Origin: an uncultured Gammaproteobacteria bacterium
GTDB taxonomy: Bacteria; Pseudomonadota; Gammaproteobacteria; SZUA-229
DNA: 64,000 nucleotides
Reading direction: 5' to 3'
NCBI GenBank assembly: GCA_942492025.1
Contig: CALODJ010000003.1
Span: 451,841-515,840 of the forward strand
In this document: positions 61,981 through 64,000 of the stretch, in pieces
How positions within the stretch are numbered: the first letter of the stretch is position 1
How the letters are laid out: each line of letters starts with the position of its first letter
Position numbers and translations under genes: made by a program
The notes under the pieces: model-generated
The model's input: only the letters and a program-made list of their open reading frames with translations
Told to the model about the DNA's origin: nothing
The model's database searches: none

Positions 61981-62356
61981 AGCAAGGGTGGCGATAACGG
62001 GGTTTTCCCAATTCAGCACGCTTTCGACTCCGCTTGTCAGGTTTCAGAAAGGAGGGCTGAAACCATTTTTGCATGACGGGATTTTGCATGTGCTGTCCAA
62101 CATACTTCACCGCTCGGGAAATACTGCCTCAATAGCCTGATTGATTTGCTTTCCAGAGGTAATGAGAGGAGACTGAACCTAGCACCTCGTCTGTCTGTAC
62201 GAAGGTCTCTCTGCCGCACAACATTGACCGAACGGTCATTATTGCTCGTCATACTCCTTTCTCGCTAACTCCGATCTGCCAAACGCTGTTGTGCAATAAC
62301 TTGCCGTTAGCAAGGAAAGGCACCCGGCCCGCATATAATGAACCAGGGACTACACC

Positions 62357-62728
62357 ATGACACAATTTGTAAGCAATGCTCAGGATTCCGAGACATTCAG
62401 TCTATACGCCGGTATTCGCCAGGCAGAACTGAACGCCCAGGACTGGGATCGGGAAAAATCCGCACATCTGGCCCAGAACGAAGGCATCAGCCTGAACGAT
62501 GAACACTGGGCCGTAATTACTTATCTGCGCAATTCCTATATCGAATACGGACTGCCCAGATATGCCAGGACGACGGCCAGGGCGCTCAATCGGCAATTCT
62601 ACTTCGAGGGTGGAAGCAAGTACTTGTATGGCCTTTTTGCCGGCGGCCCGGTTACGCAAGGCAGCCGCCTTGCCAACCTGCGAACACCGGTAAACGCCAC
62701 CGACGTTTCGTTTGGCACCAGCTATTGA
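62357..62728 (+). CDS. DsrC/TusE-family protein lacking both conserved C-terminal cysteines.
   Basis: GISLNDEHWAVITYLRNSY...SKYLYGLFAGGPVTQGSRLANLRTP aligns to DsrC ...[28 protein letters not shown]. Cys(A) is replaced by Ser, and the terminal CV is replaced by a non-Cys tail. Confidence 0.7.
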   Translation: MTQFVSNAQDSETFSLYAGIRQAELNAQDWDREKSAHLAQNEGISLNDEHWAVITYLRNSYIEYGLPRYARTTARALNRQFYFEGGSKYLYGLFAGGPVTQGSRLANLRTPVNATDVSFGTSY

Positions 62729-63028
62729 AAAATACAGATTCTGTTGGCACGAAGAGTTCCTTACCGTCGGACACTAAAGAACAGCCACGATCAACATCGA
62801 TTGTCAGGCATATGCCAAAACAGCCGCTGAGGATATTAAGTCGGCGTTCACGGTCAGTGTTGCTGAGTGACCAGAAAACATAAAAGGTGAGGCTAATGGG
62901 CGTCACCTTTTATTAATCCTTTTTACGAAATGCACTCATTAGTAACCGATCGGGTGTTTTCTGACCATGACCAATACAGCTGTATCTAAACAGGGCAGAA
63001 ACAAAAACATAAATAAGGAGATATACAA

Positions 63029-63352
63029 ATGAACACTCAAGTACACACGAATAATCACCGTTATCCTGTCTCAGTTCCACTAGAAAACTTACTGCTGACA
63101 AGCATGTTGATACTTACACCAACATCAGCTTTCGCTACAGACAGTTATCAAAACAAGGTGTTGTTCACACCCAGTGAAAGCACGCTGAGGGCGGAAGCCA
63201 AGGGCCGCATCATGATTTACGATGGCCTGGAAAGCGAGATCGTAGATAGAGCCATGAATGAACAGTTCGATCGTATTGACAACATGATGTTTATTCGCAT
63301 TCGCCACACACAGGACGATGGTGAGTATTTAGTAGAGGATGATGACTGCTAA
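63029..63352 (+). CDS. Hypothetical secreted/acidic small protein.
   Basis: Signal-like LLLTSMLILTPTSAFA and an acidic C-terminus. No family was recognised. Confidence 0.35.
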   Translation: MNTQVHTNNHRYPVSVPLENLLLTSMLILTPTSAFATDSYQNKVLFTPSESTLRAEAKGRIMIYDGLESEIVDRAMNEQFDRIDNMMFIRIRHTQDDGEYLVEDDDC

Positions 63353-63717
63353 GTACCTCATCTATCTAAGCCGGACGATGAGCTTTACATTGCTTCATAT
63401 GTGCTAGTCGCTACCCTATCTGACAGTTGTTGTCGATTTTCGTATGTGCGGAAAACCAGCCTATGTTGTAAGTGTAACATCCTGTTTTCTTGCAGAGGAA
63501 CAGAGAACGCAGAGGTTACATGTGTTTTTTTGCAGAGAAAGTATCTATTTAATCATCTTACTTTGCGTTCCCTGCGCCTCTGTGAGAGTAAATATCTACA
63601 GACTTTCCTAAAGTGCCTATCTCGGGTGCACTGACAAAAATGCATTGTCGGAATTTGAAATAATATGGCACTGACTGTCAGATTAAATCCTGACTATTAC
63701 AAAAAATGCGTATTTTT

Positions 63718-63765
63718 ACTGCCTGAGCGGGTTTATCTCAAACCCGCTCAGGCAGCTTCAGATGA
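63718..63765. terminator. Bidirectional intrinsic terminator hairpin between convergent genes.
   Basis: CTGCCTGAGCGGGTTT-ATCTCA-AACCCGCTCAGGCAG perfect stem. Confidence 0.7.
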
Positions 63766-63825
63766 CTTCACAGACCACGCGGCCTTTTGTTTCATCAAAT
63801 TAAAAATTGCATATACACCAACATG

Positions 63826-64000
63826 CTAGTTTGGTGACAGATGTTCATCGAGATTCAGACGCTGAAAGATCTCGTCCATATCCAGCTTCTGTATTTGTGC
63901 AGGTGTCTGGCCTTCACACAGACTGATCAGCAGCGCAGGGATGCCCTTGATTACGCTGGTATCGCTGTCGCCGTAAAACCTGACACTGTCATCTTCCAGG
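63826..64000 (-). CDS. sufE: Cysteine desulfuration sulfur acceptor SufE/CsdE family, C-terminal part (the gene continues beyond the window).
   Basis: FYGDSDTSVIKGIPALLISLCEGQTPAQI...HLSP matches the SufE C-terminus. Confidence 0.7.
   Translation of the reverse strand, partial: LEDDSVRFYGDSDTSVIKGIPALLISLCEGQTPAQIQKLDMDEIFQRLNLDEHLSPN

Overview
This is a 64-kb chromosomal segment from a gammaproteobacterium that is probably a sulfur oxidizer. The evidence is an aprM-aprB-aprA APS reductase operon with the AprM membrane anchor, a DsrC/TusE-like gene, a Prx5-Grx hybrid next to gor, and sufE.

The first ~32 kb is conserved core. It holds the sucA-sucB-lpdA-sucC-sucD TCA cluster, an MBL hydrolase, a Nudix hydrolase, an alpha/beta hydrolase, a YciA-like thioesterase, fadL with a VolA-like lipoprotein lipase, rdgB-rph, yicC, fkpA, degQ, moaE/moaD/moaC, asmA, mutY and tRNA-Phe.

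From tRNA-Phe onward the region is accessory and heavily decayed. A low-GC hydrolase cassette sits between two identical 52-bp hairpin repeats. Beyond it lie the APS reductase operon with two co-oriented unknown genes, a frameshifted RND efflux pump (MFP plus transporter), three 3'-end fragments of an IS91-family element, and an IS66-family tnpC that is both interrupted by a complete group II intron (RT/maturase/HNH) and carries an internal stop. The same stretch also contains arylsulfatase, outer-membrane-channel and PtsI-like gene fragments, and a duplicated ~300-bp segment bracketing a high-GC MliC/HslJ pair plus pgdx-gor.

The window also holds a ~307-bp MITE with perfect 18-bp terminal inverted repeats and apparent TA target duplication (two tandem copies at the left edge, one 4 bp upstream of mutY, one half copy). 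Each MITE contains a GC-rich REP-like palindrome that also occurs solo at three intergenic sites.

The candidate for a novel system is a co-oriented block at 19.6-24.4 kb. It comprises a small acidic protein, a membrane-anchored SMC/SbcC-like ABC ATPase (TM hairpin in the hinge position), and an ExeA/GspA-like AAA+ ATPase fused to a BY-kinase/MinD-like domain with a degenerate P-loop.

All calls rest on reading motifs and translations by eye. No database searches were run.
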